Under the pieces are notes generated by a model, which saw only the letters and a program-made list of their open reading frames with translations, was not told the DNA's origin and did no database searches. A DNA stretch of 60,528 nucleotides from Patescibacteria group bacterium (lineage in GTDB: Bacteria; Patescibacteriota; Minisyncoccia; Moranbacterales; GWC2-37-73): positions 1 through 60,528 of the forward strand of contig DASVYU010000034.1 in the NCBI GenBank assembly GCA_036391995.1, in the 5' to 3' direction. This document shows, piece after piece, positions 9,182-18,764 of the stretch. How positions within the stretch are numbered: position 1 is the stretch's first letter; every line of letters begins with the position of its first letter. Position numbers and translations under genes: made by a program.

Positions 9182-10668
9182 AAGCGATATTGTTGGCAAG
9201 AGTCTCGGACAAAAAACAAGACTCCAATGAAGCACAAGTTTCCAAAGTGTCAGAATATGCAAAAATCAAAAGCCTGGAAACTTGGAAGACATATGAACTG
9301 GAAGAATCTTCCACCAGAGGCGACAGGAAGAGGTTTCAGGAAATAATCAGGGACATTGAAAATTCAAAAGAACCCGTAGCCTTAGTGGTGGACACAGTAG
9401 ATAGGCTTCAGCGAAGTTTCAAGGATTCAATTATTTTGGATGACTTCAGAAAAGCTGGAAAGCTGGAAATACACTTTTGTCGTGAAAATCTAGTCCTACA
9501 CAAAGATTCAAATAGTTCTGATTTGCTTCGCTGGGATATGGCGGTTATGTTTGCTAGAAGCTATGTCCTCCAGCTTAGCGACAATGTCAAAAGAAAAATT
9601 GACCAAAAGCTAAGAAACAAAGAATGGATAGGACAAGCGTATGTAGGATATAAAAACATAACGCTGACTGACGGAAGCAAAGATGTCGTGCCAGACGAAG
9701 ACAGAGCACATCACATTCAGAAGATGTTTGAAATGTATGCCACGGGAGGATATTCAATGAAGCAATTATCAAAAGAAATGTATGCCAAAGGACTTAGGAG
9801 CAGAAGCGGGGTTAAGGTATCCACAAGTCAGATTCACAATATGCTGCGAAATCCATTTTACTATGGTCAGATGAAAGTCAAAGGAAAGCTATATGACCAT
9901 AAGTATAGACCTCTCATCCAAAAACTTCTTTTTGACAAAGTGCAGGACACAATCAATGGCTATAATAGACAAAATTTCAAAAGGAGCAATAAGCCTTATG
10001 TTTTCAGGGGACTCATAAAATGCTCCCACTGCGGTTGTTCCATAACTCCAGAGCTTCAAAAGGAATATGTCTATTATCACTGCACGAACTTTCACGGCAA
10101 TTGCCCCAACAAAAAAGTCTGGCTCAGAGAAAAGGATTTGCTGGAACAAATAAAAGTCGTGTTTCAGAGCTTGAAGCTAGAGCCTGACGCACTTGAAAAA
10201 TTGAAGGGCGAGCTAAGAGCCGCGCACGCATCAGAAAAAGAATACTATGAGCAAAACATCAATGGACTCAAAAGACAGTTGGGACAAATTGATTCCAAGC
10301 TCAAGATTATGTATAACGACAGATTGGTTGGAAGAATTACAACTGACGAATATGATGAGTTGGTCAAAGGCTATAAAGAGGAACAGCAAGACCTCCTCCG
10401 CCAATATGAGGAACATTCTGAGGCTGATAAAAATTTCTACATTACAGCCAACAAAGTATTAGACTTAACTCAGAGGGCTTGGGAGCTATTTGAAAATTCT
10501 GAACCAAAAGAAAAAACCCAACTAGTGAGTTTTCTACTTCAGAACCTTTCGCTAGAAGGGAGAAACCTTTTATTTGAGGTTAAAACTCCCTTCAATGGCA
10601 TAGTGGAATATGCCAAAACTAAAGAATGGCTCCGCGACCAGGATTCGAACCTGGAACCAATTGGTTAA
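9178..10668 (+). CDS. Large serine recombinase 2; last 13 codons are antisense to tRNA-Asn
   Basis: Catalytic ARVS; TVDRLQRS; LSDNVKR; zinc ribbon CSHCG...YYHC...C; ends WLRDQDSNLEPIG* inside the tRNA. Confidence 0.95.
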   Translation: MKAILLARVSDKKQDSNEAQVSKVSEYAKIKSLETWKTYELEESSTRGDRKRFQEIIRDIENSKEPVALVVDTVDRLQRSFKDSIILDDFRKAGKLEIHFCRENLVLHKDSNSSDLLRWDMAVMFARSYVLQLSDNVKRKIDQKLRNKEWIGQAYVGYKNITLTDGSKDVVPDEDRAHHIQKMFEMYATGGYSMKQLSKEMYAKGLRSRSGVKVSTSQIHNMLRNPFYYGQMKVKGKLYDHKYRPLIQKLLFDKVQDTINGYNRQNFKRSNKPYVFRGLIKCSHCGCSITPELQKEYVYYHCTNFHGNCPNKKVWLREKDLLEQIKVVFQSLKLEPDALEKLKGELRAAHASEKEYYEQNINGLKRQLGQIDSKLKIMYNDRLVGRITTDEYDELVKGYKEEQQDLLRQYEEHSEADKNFYITANKVLDLTQRAWELFENSEPKEKTQLVSFLLQNLSLEGRNLLFEVKTPFNGIVEYAKTKEWLRDQDSNLEPIG

Positions 10669-10701
10669 CAGCCAACTGCTCTACCGTTGAGCTATCGCGG
10701 A
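10627..10701 (-). tRNA. tRNA-Asn (GTT), CCA encoded
   Basis: TCCGCGATAGCTCAACGGTAGAGCAGTTGGCTGTTAACCAATTGGTTCCAGGTTCGAATCCTGGTCGCGGAGCCA folds into a full cloverleaf. Confidence 0.97.
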
Positions 10702-10875
10702 ATATGTAGTTTTCAAAAAATTGCCTTTTCAAGCAACAAAAACAGTATAGCAGAAGCTTTTTTGCTTGGCAAGGGCAAAATGATTGACTATGAGCATTGA
10801 CAAATAGCATTCGGAGTGCTATTTTTGTTTGTTGTTTAAAAATACTGAGCTGACGAGCCAAAACATGGAGGGCTT

Positions 10876-11172
10876 ATGCCTGGTAGTGCTGACAATGCAA
10901 CGCTTCGTAGAGTATTTGGCTATGTGGAGATGCCTGCCACAATTGAACAGCTTGAGGATAGTGCATCTCCTGCCTTTATGGGTATGGTATCTCGAGTAAT
11001 ATATACGAGATTGGGCAATGGTGTTATTAAAGACGGAGATGCATTCTGGATATCTGAGGAAGTTCTTGCTGAAGGCATTGCCTATTGGGAAGAGGATCTC
11101 AAAAAAACACAGCGGTATCTTGATTATTTGAAGGCGCAACGAGATAAACTTGAGTTGCGCAATGTCAAGTAG
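10876..11172 (+). CDS. Hypothetical protein (98 aa)
   Basis: SD GGAGG upstream; protein-like composition; downstream hairpin. Confidence 0.7.
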   Translation: MPGSADNATLRRVFGYVEMPATIEQLEDSASPAFMGMVSRVIYTRLGNGVIKDGDAFWISEEVLAEGIAYWEEDLKKTQRYLDYLKAQRDKLELRNVK

Positions 11173-11373
11173 TTTGACAGCCCACCACGGAAAACCTTCC
11201 GTCTCGGTGGGTTTTCTGTTTTTGGATAAGACATGTAATAAAGCATGTTAAGCGGTTGTATCAATGGTATGCAAATGGAAGCTAAAGGCGGGAGAGCCTA
11301 ATTATTTTTTTCAGGATCGGCTATTGCAATTGCTTTATATAATATGCACATAGGGCCGGTATCCCTCGATTAT

Positions 11374-13224
11374 ATGCCCAAAAAAATCAAAAGACAGCAA
11401 AAAAACAGCATCGTCCCAAAGACGGTTTTATTTACTGTTCTGCTTCTGCTTGCAGCTTATTTTGTTTATCACTCCGTCCGTCCAGTTCGAGATTTTGTAG
11501 ATTATCGCTTTGCTGTCATGTTTTCAAAAAAAATCAACAAGCCTTCGGGGGACACGAAGTTCTCTCAAAATCAGAATCAGATGCAAAGCGGGGCAGCAAA
11601 CATGGCTTCTTCGGAAGCGTATCTTGCCGAAAATACCAATGCTTCTGTGCAACGCGAATTCAAACATGACCAGCTGGATCCCCAAAGCTTGCAGAAATTC
11701 GTTGATCCTCTGCCGTTGCCGAGCGTTTTGAAACCGACCGGGCAAATGGGCGGGAAAGATTATTATGAAATTTCCATGAGTGAAGCCAAGCAGAAACTGC
11801 ATCGCGATATGCCAGAGACGACCATATGGGGTTATAATGGGCTTTTCCCTGGACCGACCATCGAGGCTCGCAGCGGAGTACCGATCAAAGTAAAGTGGCT
11901 GAACAATCTTCCTTACAAGCATTTTCTTCCTATAGATACTTCCGTAGATGGCGCTGAAAATCCTAATGACCCACAAGTCAGGACAGTCATCCATTTGCAT
12001 GGAGGGCACGTGCCTCCTGAAAGCGATGGGTATCCTATGGATTGGTTCGCTTCAGGTGGTTCTTCGTCTGTTATTGATTATCCCAACAATCAAGCGTCTT
12101 CAATGCTTTGGTATCATGATCATGCTATGGGAATCACGCGTCTCAATGTAGAAGCTGGCTTGGAAGGCTTGTATTTCATACGTGATTCCGTGGAAGAAAG
12201 CATGAATCTGCCCAGGGGTGATTACGAAGTTCCGCTTGTCATTCAGGACAGATCTTTCAACAAAGACGGATCGCTAGATTATCCTTCTGAGGGCAGTGGC
12301 AGCATGCAGACTAGTTCTTCAAAGATCGCGGCAGAAATGCCTAAACCTTCGATCGTGCCGGAGTTTTTTGGAGATTTCAATCTGGTAAATGGAAAGATGT
12401 GGCCGTTTTTGGAAGTAGAGCCTCGCAAATATCGCTTCAGGATTTTGAATGGTTCCAATGCACGTTTTTATGATATAAATCTTTCCAATGGCGCATCATT
12501 CTATCAGATCGGAAGCGAGGCTGGCTTTCTTAGCGCACCAGTGAAGGTCAATAGATTATTGCTTGCTCCTGCTGAGCGTGCAGATGTGATAATTGATTTC
12601 AGCAAATTCAAAGGTGCCGCAATAACCCTCAATAATGACGCATCGGCGCCGTATCCATCCGGTAGCAAGGTTGATGCAAACACTGGCAAAATCATGCGGT
12701 TCGTTGTCAAAAAAACGCTCACCGGAAACGATTCAAGTGTGTTGCCGCAAGCATTGCCCGCAGTTGAGAGATTGCAAGAAAAAGATGCTGTGACAGAAAG
12801 GAATATAGCGCTTATAGAAAAAACTGACAATTTCGGGCGTCTAATGTTGACGATCGATGGTAAGCGTTGGAATGATCAAGCTACGGAGACGCCGAAATTA
12901 GGAACGACTGAGATATGGAACATAATAAACACCACGCCTGATACGCATCCGATCCATCTGCATCTGGACTATTTCCAGATATTGGACAGGCGCTCATTCA
13001 ATGTTGCTCAATATGATAAGACGGGCAAAGTCATATTCACTGGAAAGGCTAGAAAACCGGATCCTAACGAAGCTGATTGGAAAGACACATTCAGAGCCAA
13101 TCCGGGGGAAGTTTCAAGGATAATCGTGCGTTTCACGGATTATTCAGGGAGATATTTGTGGCATTGCCACATTCTGGAGCATGAGGAATATGAAATGATG
13201 CGTCCGCTTGAAATAATGCCTTGA
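11374..13224 (+). CDS. Multicopper oxidase (CotA/bilirubin oxidase-like) with N-terminal membrane anchor; start may be 11344
   Basis: All four Cu motifs: HLHG, WYHDH, HPIHLH, HCHILEHEEYEM. Confidence 0.93.
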   Translation: MPKKIKRQQKNSIVPKTVLFTVLLLLAAYFVYHSVRPVRDFVDYRFAVMFSKKINKPSGDTKFSQNQNQMQSGAANMASSEAYLAENTNASVQREFKHDQLDPQSLQKFVDPLPLPSVLKPTGQMGGKDYYEISMSEAKQKLHRDMPETTIWGYNGLFPGPTIEARSGVPIKVKWLNNLPYKHFLPIDTSVDGAENPNDPQVRTVIHLHGGHVPPESDGYPMDWFASGGSSSVIDYPNNQASSMLWYHDHAMGITRLNVEAGLEGLYFIRDSVEESMNLPRGDYEVPLVIQDRSFNKDGSLDYPSEGSGSMQTSSSKIAAEMPKPSIVPEFFGDFNLVNGKMWPFLEVEPRKYRFRILNGSNARFYDINLSNGASFYQIGSEAGFLSAPVKVNRLLLAPAERADVIIDFSKFKGAAITLNNDASAPYPSGSKVDANTGKIMRFVVKKTLTGNDSSVLPQALPAVERLQEKDAVTERNIALIEKTDNFGRLMLTIDGKRWNDQATETPKLGTTEIWNIINTTPDTHPIHLHLDYFQILDRRSFNVAQYDKTGKVIFTGKARKPDPNEADWKDTFRANPGEVSRIIVRFTDYSGRYLWHCHILEHEEYEMMRPLEIMP

Positions 13225-13255
13225 TAATTAAGCTGCCATAAAATGCAAAGCTTAT

Positions 13256-13284
13256 GAAAAACCCGCCATTTTGGGGGTTTTTTC
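13256..13284. terminator. Bidirectional terminator
   Basis: AAAAACCC...GGGGGTTTTTT between convergent genes. Confidence 0.55.
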
Positions 13285-13290
13285 ATGTTT

Positions 13291-14577
13291 TCATCCTCCT
13301 GCATTTGTCGCGCTTTGGGAAAATTGCTCAAGCGTGTTTTTGCCGGCCAGAATACTATTGATCGTATTTTCATCTTTGCACGTATATGCCATGTCGGGAG
13401 AGTAGAATTTTCTTTTAGGCCCGCGGCAACCGCCATTGTGCTCATCAAGTACGCCGAACATGGGCATCAGGAACCCCATGTTTTGCGAAGTGAATTTTCG
13501 ATAAAGATTTTGTAGTGTCTCCGTTCGAAGTTCAGGTGTCATACGCGCGAAAATATCCAAATCATCGCTGGGGATGCCTGACCAGTCCAAGTGCAGCAAA
13601 ACATTGTTGGCTTTGGAAGCGAATTGTTGATTCCAAAGCAGGGCCCAGCAGCTGCCCCTAGTTGAAAGGCAAGGGCCGTTTTCCACACTGCCGTCGGTTG
13701 CTAGTCCAACTCCGCCTTCTATGTAATCGAAAAGTTTCAGATATTTCTCGTCCGTGATGGCTCCTGTTTGTGCGCCGATAACGATACTTACGCCTTTTTG
13801 TTTGGCATAAGAACGGATGTCGGACACGATCTGCGGAGCATAATCCTTTTTGTCGCTTTCTTGATAATATATCTGCCCGAACTCGAAACTCTGCACGCCC
13901 AGATCGATGGCTTTGTGCGTTATGTAGCTCACATAGTCGCGATATTCCTGGCTGCCGAAATCCGGCTTGCAGGTATGTGCTCCCCAGGCATTTTCGCTGC
14001 CAGCTCGGCACATGGCGGAGAAGTCGAATTTGTGCTGGCGATCCATGTCGTAATAATCGGCTTTTTCGTCGATGGCTTCCGCAATGAACATGCCATAAGC
14101 CACGTCGGGCTTTTTTATCTGTCCCATGACATAGTTGATGGCATTGAAATCGGGAGGTTGGAGCCATGTTTCAATCGCTCTGTGCATGTAGTAACACTGT
14201 GAGCGGTTGATAAGGTCCACAAACTGATTGTTTTTGGGATTATATTCCGTCAGAAGACCATCAGTAATGCAGCCCTGATTCTTCATTTTTTCCATAGAAA
14301 TTGGTTGTGGTGTGGGACGCTTGTTTGCTACAAGCGGTTCGGGTAATTTTTCTTCCTGCTGCGATGAGGGATTTTCCACAATAGGGGACTGGTTTTTTGA
14401 GAGAAAAATTTTATGTGCCAGAAAATAGCCAGCAATAGAAGCAGTTGCCAGCGATCCAAAGAGAAATAAAAGTGTTTTTTTGCGGCCTTTGTCCAATCGC
14501 TTGTTTCTTTTAAGGCTTAATGCTTGCAATTGAATAATACGCTCAAACGCGTAAGAGTATTGCGGAAAATCTTTCAA
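13291..14577 (-). CDS. Membrane-anchored hypothetical protein, possibly a TIM-barrel glycoside hydrolase (TTG start)
   Basis: 428-aa ORF; N-terminal TM (LLFLFGSLATASIAGYFLA), Pro-rich linker, Cys-containing globular domain. Confidence 0.7.
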   Translation of the reverse strand: MKDFPQYSYAFERIIQLQALSLKRNKRLDKGRKKTLLFLFGSLATASIAGYFLAHKIFLSKNQSPIVENPSSQQEEKLPEPLVANKRPTPQPISMEKMKNQGCITDGLLTEYNPKNNQFVDLINRSQCYYMHRAIETWLQPPDFNAINYVMGQIKKPDVAYGMFIAEAIDEKADYYDMDRQHKFDFSAMCRAGSENAWGAHTCKPDFGSQEYRDYVSYITHKAIDLGVQSFEFGQIYYQESDKKDYAPQIVSDIRSYAKQKGVSIVIGAQTGAITDEKYLKLFDYIEGGVGLATDGSVENGPCLSTRGSCWALLWNQQFASKANNVLLHLDWSGIPSDDLDIFARMTPELRTETLQNLYRKFTSQNMGFLMPMFGVLDEHNGGCRGPKRKFYSPDMAYTCKDENTINSILAGKNTLEQFSQSATNAGG

Positions 14578-14641
14578 ATAGGCGTCGGGATTGAAATAAT
14601 CCTAAATTTAACATGTTATTACATAACATCCTTGTCATTTT

Positions 14642-15139
14642 ATGTTTAAAAATATGCAAAAAATAACGCCTTTTTTATGGTTTGAAAAAGATGCTGAAAA
14701 AGCGGCTGATTTCTATGTTTCGCTGTTCAAGAATTCAAAAATCGTGAGCATGACCCATTATGATGCAGCTGGGGCCAAAGCCTCTGGTCAACCTGAAGGC
14801 AGCATTATGACTGTTGAATTTGATCTGGATGGCCAGAGATTTGCTGCCATAAATGGCGGGCCATTTTTCAAGATGAGTGGCGCGGTCTCCTTTGTCATCA
14901 ATTGTGAAAGTCAGCAAGAAGTCGATTATTTTTGGGAGAGGCTGTCTGAGGACGGGGAAGCCGGTGTTTGCGGATGGATCAATCGCGACAAATTCGGTGT
15001 CACCTGGCAAGTTGTGCCGACGATTCTGGGAAAATATTTGAGCGATCCCGACAAGCAAAGATCGCAAAAAGTTATGGAGGCGATGCTCAAGATGACAAAA
15101 CTCGATATTTCAGAGCTAGAAAAAGCTTATAATCAATAA
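14642..15139 (+). CDS. VOC family protein (3-demethylubiquinone-9 3-methyltransferase/PhnB-like)
   Basis: QKITPFLWF...AADFYVSLF...INGGP...CGWINRDKFGVTWQVVP. Confidence 0.9.
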   Translation: MFKNMQKITPFLWFEKDAEKAADFYVSLFKNSKIVSMTHYDAAGAKASGQPEGSIMTVEFDLDGQRFAAINGGPFFKMSGAVSFVINCESQQEVDYFWERLSEDGEAGVCGWINRDKFGVTWQVVPTILGKYLSDPDKQRSQKVMEAMLKMTKLDISELEKAYNQ

Positions 15140-15150
15140 ATTTCAATTGT

Positions 15151-15594
15151 ATGGAAAAATTATTCATCGACAAGACGATTGAGATCGAGGCGCCTATTCG
15201 AAAGGTTTGGGATGTGCTGGTAAAGCGCGAATTTACCGACGTTTGGACCAATGAATTTTCGCCAGACATGATCGTAGAGTCTGACTGGGAATTAGGCGAT
15301 CCGGTGCTATGGAAGCAGCTGGACGGCAAAGTAGTTGTGGAAGGGAATGTGACAAAGGCGGAGCCACCAAAATTCCTGCGCTACACAGTGTTCGATGTGG
15401 AAATGGGCAGGATGACAGTAGGTGAAGATGATGGTATCACATTCGAGCTGACTGAAAATGATGGAAAAACGAAACTGCATGTGCTGCATGGAGATTTCGC
15501 AGCAATGCCTGAGGGGCAGAAATATTATGACATGACTATGGATGCATGGAACAAAATTTTGCCTAAAATGAAAGAATTAGCAGAGAAAAATTGA
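15151..15594 (+). CDS. SRPBCC/AHSA1-like domain protein
   Basis: IEIEAPIRKVWDVL...W...EPPKFLRYT...TKLHVLH pattern. Confidence 0.85.
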   Translation: MEKLFIDKTIEIEAPIRKVWDVLVKREFTDVWTNEFSPDMIVESDWELGDPVLWKQLDGKVVVEGNVTKAEPPKFLRYTVFDVEMGRMTVGEDDGITFELTENDGKTKLHVLHGDFAAMPEGQKYYDMTMDAWNKILPKMKELAEKN

Positions 15595-15950
15595 CCGACA
15601 TGGACATCAGGATAAAAAGAATTTATGAAAAACCCTCTAAAGACGACGGAAAAAGAATCTTAGTCGATCGTTTGTGGCCGCGCGGAATTTCCAAAGCGGA
15701 TGCTGGGATCGACCTTTGGCTAAAAGACGCAGCACCGTCCTCCGAGTTGCGCAAGTTTCTGCATGAGAATCCGCAAAAGAATTACAAGAATTTTGCTCAA
15801 AAATACGCTGTCGAACTCAGAAAAAATAAAGTCGAAATAGTAGAAACCTTAGGGAAAACAAACAGAAATATCACACTGATTACGTCTGTTAAGGAAATAG
15901 AGCATTCGCATATTCCGACACTGGTTGAATTTATGAAAAAAATAATCTGA
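15591..15950 (+). CDS. DUF488/YeaO-family protein (TTG start)
   Basis: IKRIYEKPSKDDGKRILVDRLWPRGISK...WLKDAAPSSELRK. Confidence 0.9.
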   Translation: MTDMDIRIKRIYEKPSKDDGKRILVDRLWPRGISKADAGIDLWLKDAAPSSELRKFLHENPQKNYKNFAQKYAVELRKNKVEIVETLGKTNRNITLITSVKEIEHSHIPTLVEFMKKII

Positions 15951-15955
15951 AAAAT

Positions 15956-16264
15956 ATGGAAGAAGACATCAAGATCCTGGATCATGAAGAGATACAGGAA
16001 AAACTCAAGGATTTGCCGGGATGGATTTTTGAGAATGACAAGATAAAAAAACAATTCGTTTTTGACAGTTTCATGCAAGGCTTGGGGCTCGTAAACAACT
16101 TGGCACCTTTTTGTGAAAGGATTGATCATCATCCCGATATCCACATCTTCTACAAAAAGATCCTCTTTGAACTGCAACGCTACAGCGCGGGAGGGAAAGT
16201 GACTGATAGGGATTTCGAGGTAGCTAAGGAAATTGAAAGACTGTATGCTAAGGCAAAAGGTTGA
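15956..16264 (+). CDS. phhB: Pterin-4-alpha-carbinolamine dehydratase
   Basis: DHHPDI motif, GW...IKKQFVF, and TDRDFEVAKEI. Confidence 0.85.
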   Translation: MEEDIKILDHEEIQEKLKDLPGWIFENDKIKKQFVFDSFMQGLGLVNNLAPFCERIDHHPDIHIFYKKILFELQRYSAGGKVTDRDFEVAKEIERLYAKAKG

Positions 16265-16375
16265 TTTTTTGCTTCAATAGGGCTATTATTGAACAGGCAA
16301 AAATTATTGCCTATGTTGCGTATATCCTTTTAGATTGGGATTGGAAGAAATTAACAAGACTCAGCAATTTTTTCA

Positions 16376-17554
16376 ATGAAAAAAATATCCTATCTTGACG
16401 GGCTGCGCGGTTTGGCAGCCTTTGTTGTAGTTTTCCATCATTATATCTTGGCGTTCTATCCGGCACTGTTTTTCGGGGAAAATGCAACCAAGCATCTTCC
16501 TGGCAGTGAGGAAGTATTCGCTTCCGGCTCCTTTTTGAATCTTTTCTATAATGGCAATTTCGCGGTTGCCATCTTTTTTGTGCTTAGCGGCTATGTGCTT
16601 TCGCACAAATTCTTCCTGCAAAAGGACTATGAGATAGTTAGATCCAGTGCTTTTAAAAGATATTTGCGCCTAGTGATTCCGGTTGCGGTTTCTGTGCTTT
16701 TTGCTTTCGTGCTGATGAAAGCATCTCTTTTTGACAATAAACAAGCTGCAGCCCTGTCAGGATCTGATTGGTTGGGTTCTTTTTGGACTTTCAGTCCCAC
16801 TTTGCAAGATGCAGTAAAGCAAGCTTTTTTCGGAACTTTTTTTGTAGGAGGCAATGATTACGATGTGGTGCTTTGGACAATAGCTTACGAATTCTTCGGC
16901 TCAATGCTGGTTTTTGCTTTTCTGGCGCTTTTTGGAAAAATGAAAAACAGATACATTTTCTATATTGCTGCCATTGTTTTTTTCTTCCAGACTTATTATC
17001 TGGCTTTCGCGCTGGGGATGCTTCTCAGCGATATGATCGCGCATAACAAGCATCTCTTCAGGAAAATAGACAAAACAAAAATCATGCGTACGGCCATTCT
17101 GCTGGTTGGTTTGTTTTTGGGTTCACACCCAAATGGTCGTCCGATAGACGGAACAGCTTATGCTTTTTTGAATAGCGATCTGATAAAAGCTACGGTCGGA
17201 GATCCTTCGGTTTTTTTCCATATAATCGGAGCTTTTGCTGTCATGGCAGTTGTCTTGGAGTCCGGAAAACTGCAACGCTTCTTCTCGCACAAATATTTCT
17301 TGTTTTTAGGCGAGATTTCCTTTGCTATGTACCTGCTTCATTTTTTGGTACTCGGATCGTTCTCCAGCTTCGTGTTCGTAAAATTGGTGCCGCTCTTGCC
17401 ATATGCGGATGCGACGGCGATTTCCTTTATGCTCTCAATGGTGCTGCTCTTCGGGTTGTCTTATCTGGTGTGTATTTATGTAGACAAAAAAGCAGTCCGC
17501 TTCTCGCACCTGGTTTATGAAAAGATGTTCCCAAAGGAACACCTTGCTTCATAG
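16376..17554 (+). CDS. Acyltransferase-3 (OafA-like) membrane O-acyltransferase
   Basis: LDGLRGLAAFVVVFHH; AVAIFFVLSGYVL; LGEISFAMYLLH. Confidence 0.92.
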   Translation: MKKISYLDGLRGLAAFVVVFHHYILAFYPALFFGENATKHLPGSEEVFASGSFLNLFYNGNFAVAIFFVLSGYVLSHKFFLQKDYEIVRSSAFKRYLRLVIPVAVSVLFAFVLMKASLFDNKQAAALSGSDWLGSFWTFSPTLQDAVKQAFFGTFFVGGNDYDVVLWTIAYEFFGSMLVFAFLALFGKMKNRYIFYIAAIVFFFQTYYLAFALGMLLSDMIAHNKHLFRKIDKTKIMRTAILLVGLFLGSHPNGRPIDGTAYAFLNSDLIKATVGDPSVFFHIIGAFAVMAVVLESGKLQRFFSHKYFLFLGEISFAMYLLHFLVLGSFSSFVFVKLVPLLPYADATAISFMLSMVLLFGLSYLVCIYVDKKAVRFSHLVYEKMFPKEHLAS

Positions 17555-17576
17555 CATTTTTTGCAATCCGTTCGGT

Positions 17577-18764
17577 TTATTGCTTTGAGGAATTATTTTC
17601 CTTTAAAACAGAAAAGATCGAAGGATCTCCTTGTCCGTCCAATTTGAAAAGGCTGATGCCTTCGAGATGGTATTTTTTGGCAAGATTTATTTTTTCCTTC
17701 ACTGCTTCGCTGTCTGAAAAGGTGACAATATGTTGTCCGTCGGGGGCTTTGTAGACAAATGACATTTCTCCGCCTTTGGTGTGCTCGCGTTCAACGCCAG
17801 CATTTTGGGCTTCTTGAATGGCTTTTGGATAGCTTACACTTTGGAATCTCGTGTAGCGAAAACCACTAGCTGTTTTTTCCACCTGGAATTCCCAGCCGTA
17901 GGTTGGGATGCCAAGAACCAGCTTGGTAGGAGATATATATTTCAGAGCATATTTGACCACGTCTTCGACCCAGCGACTGTCTGCATTGGGAGCATAGGGC
18001 TGTGCTTCCTGGTTTTCAAAAACGCTTTTGGTTCCATATTGCTGGAATACTTGGTCATAGGCCATGATACGTACGCTGTCGCATTCGTTGTTGAGTGTTT
18101 TGAAATCATTGGTCCAAGCCATGGCACGCGTACCGCTCCAGCCAGTTGGAACATCATCTTGAGTTCGCGCTTCTACTGTACAACTCAGAGTCTTGTTTTC
18201 TGCCTTAAGTTTTCCATGAAGAACTCGCAGGAAATTGCTGAAATTGTCGCGATCAGTCACGTCCTTGCCTTCATAGTCGATGTCGACTCCTGAAAAATCG
18301 TGCTGCCTTAGAAAAGCGACGATTGCGTTGATGTGGCTGTCTAGGAGTCTTTGATTGGAAAAAACTTTGTGCATGGCCTTGGCGTCTCCCCAAAGAATCG
18401 TGGGCATGATTGCAATCTTGTTTTTGACCGCATTTTCTTCGAGCTGAGGCCATGGCGCTTGGCTTAATTTCAGATTGTCACTCAGGCTGCCGTCAGGATT
18501 CACTCCGAGTGCAAATGGGTTTATTTCATCAAATAGGGAGAAATTGTTTTCCAAGGCTGCTGCACCTTCAGTTTTGCTCCAATAGGGGAGCCAGGCAGTT
18601 ACGTATAAGTGACTCTGATTACCGTTGCTTGCGGGATTGTTTTGTGGTGTCGGGACTTGGACTTCAACTGATGCAAGTCTCTTTTCTGAGTGAGTTTTGA
18701 AAAAAACAAAGCCTGCGAGCGCTGTTAGGATTGAAAAAGCGATCAAAAAGAGGTTTCTTTTCAT
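17577..18764 (-). CDS. Glycoside hydrolase family 18, exported
   Basis: Signal/TM segment; FSGVDIDYE catalytic motif; IMAYD; LVLGIPTYG. Confidence 0.9.
   Translation of the reverse strand: MKRNLFLIAFSILTALAGFVFFKTHSEKRLASVEVQVPTPQNNPASNGNQSHLYVTAWLPYWSKTEGAAALENNFSLFDEINPFALGVNPDGSLSDNLKLSQAPWPQLEENAVKNKIAIMPTILWGDAKAMHKVFSNQRLLDSHINAIVAFLRQHDFSGVDIDYEGKDVTDRDNFSNFLRVLHGKLKAENKTLSCTVEARTQDDVPTGWSGTRAMAWTNDFKTLNNECDSVRIMAYDQVFQQYGTKSVFENQEAQPYAPNADSRWVEDVVKYALKYISPTKLVLGIPTYGWEFQVEKTASGFRYTRFQSVSYPKAIQEAQNAGVEREHTKGGEMSFVYKAPDGQHIVTFSDSEAVKEKINLAKKYHLEGISLFKLDGQGDPSIFSVLKENNSSKQ

Larger units (their letters stand above)
7394..10632 (+). mobile_element. Integrative element 2 (about 3.2 kb), tRNA-proximal
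   Basis: Bounded by ATGGCTCC at 7391-7398 and 10626-10633 (8-bp direct repeat, same reading frame in both recombinases); contains recombinase 2. Confidence 0.8.

Noticed and set aside
11324-11333. TTGCAATTGC core upstream of the multicopper oxidase
   Set aside because: Lacks the TCTCA/TGAGA arms at the N5 spacing; probably chance.
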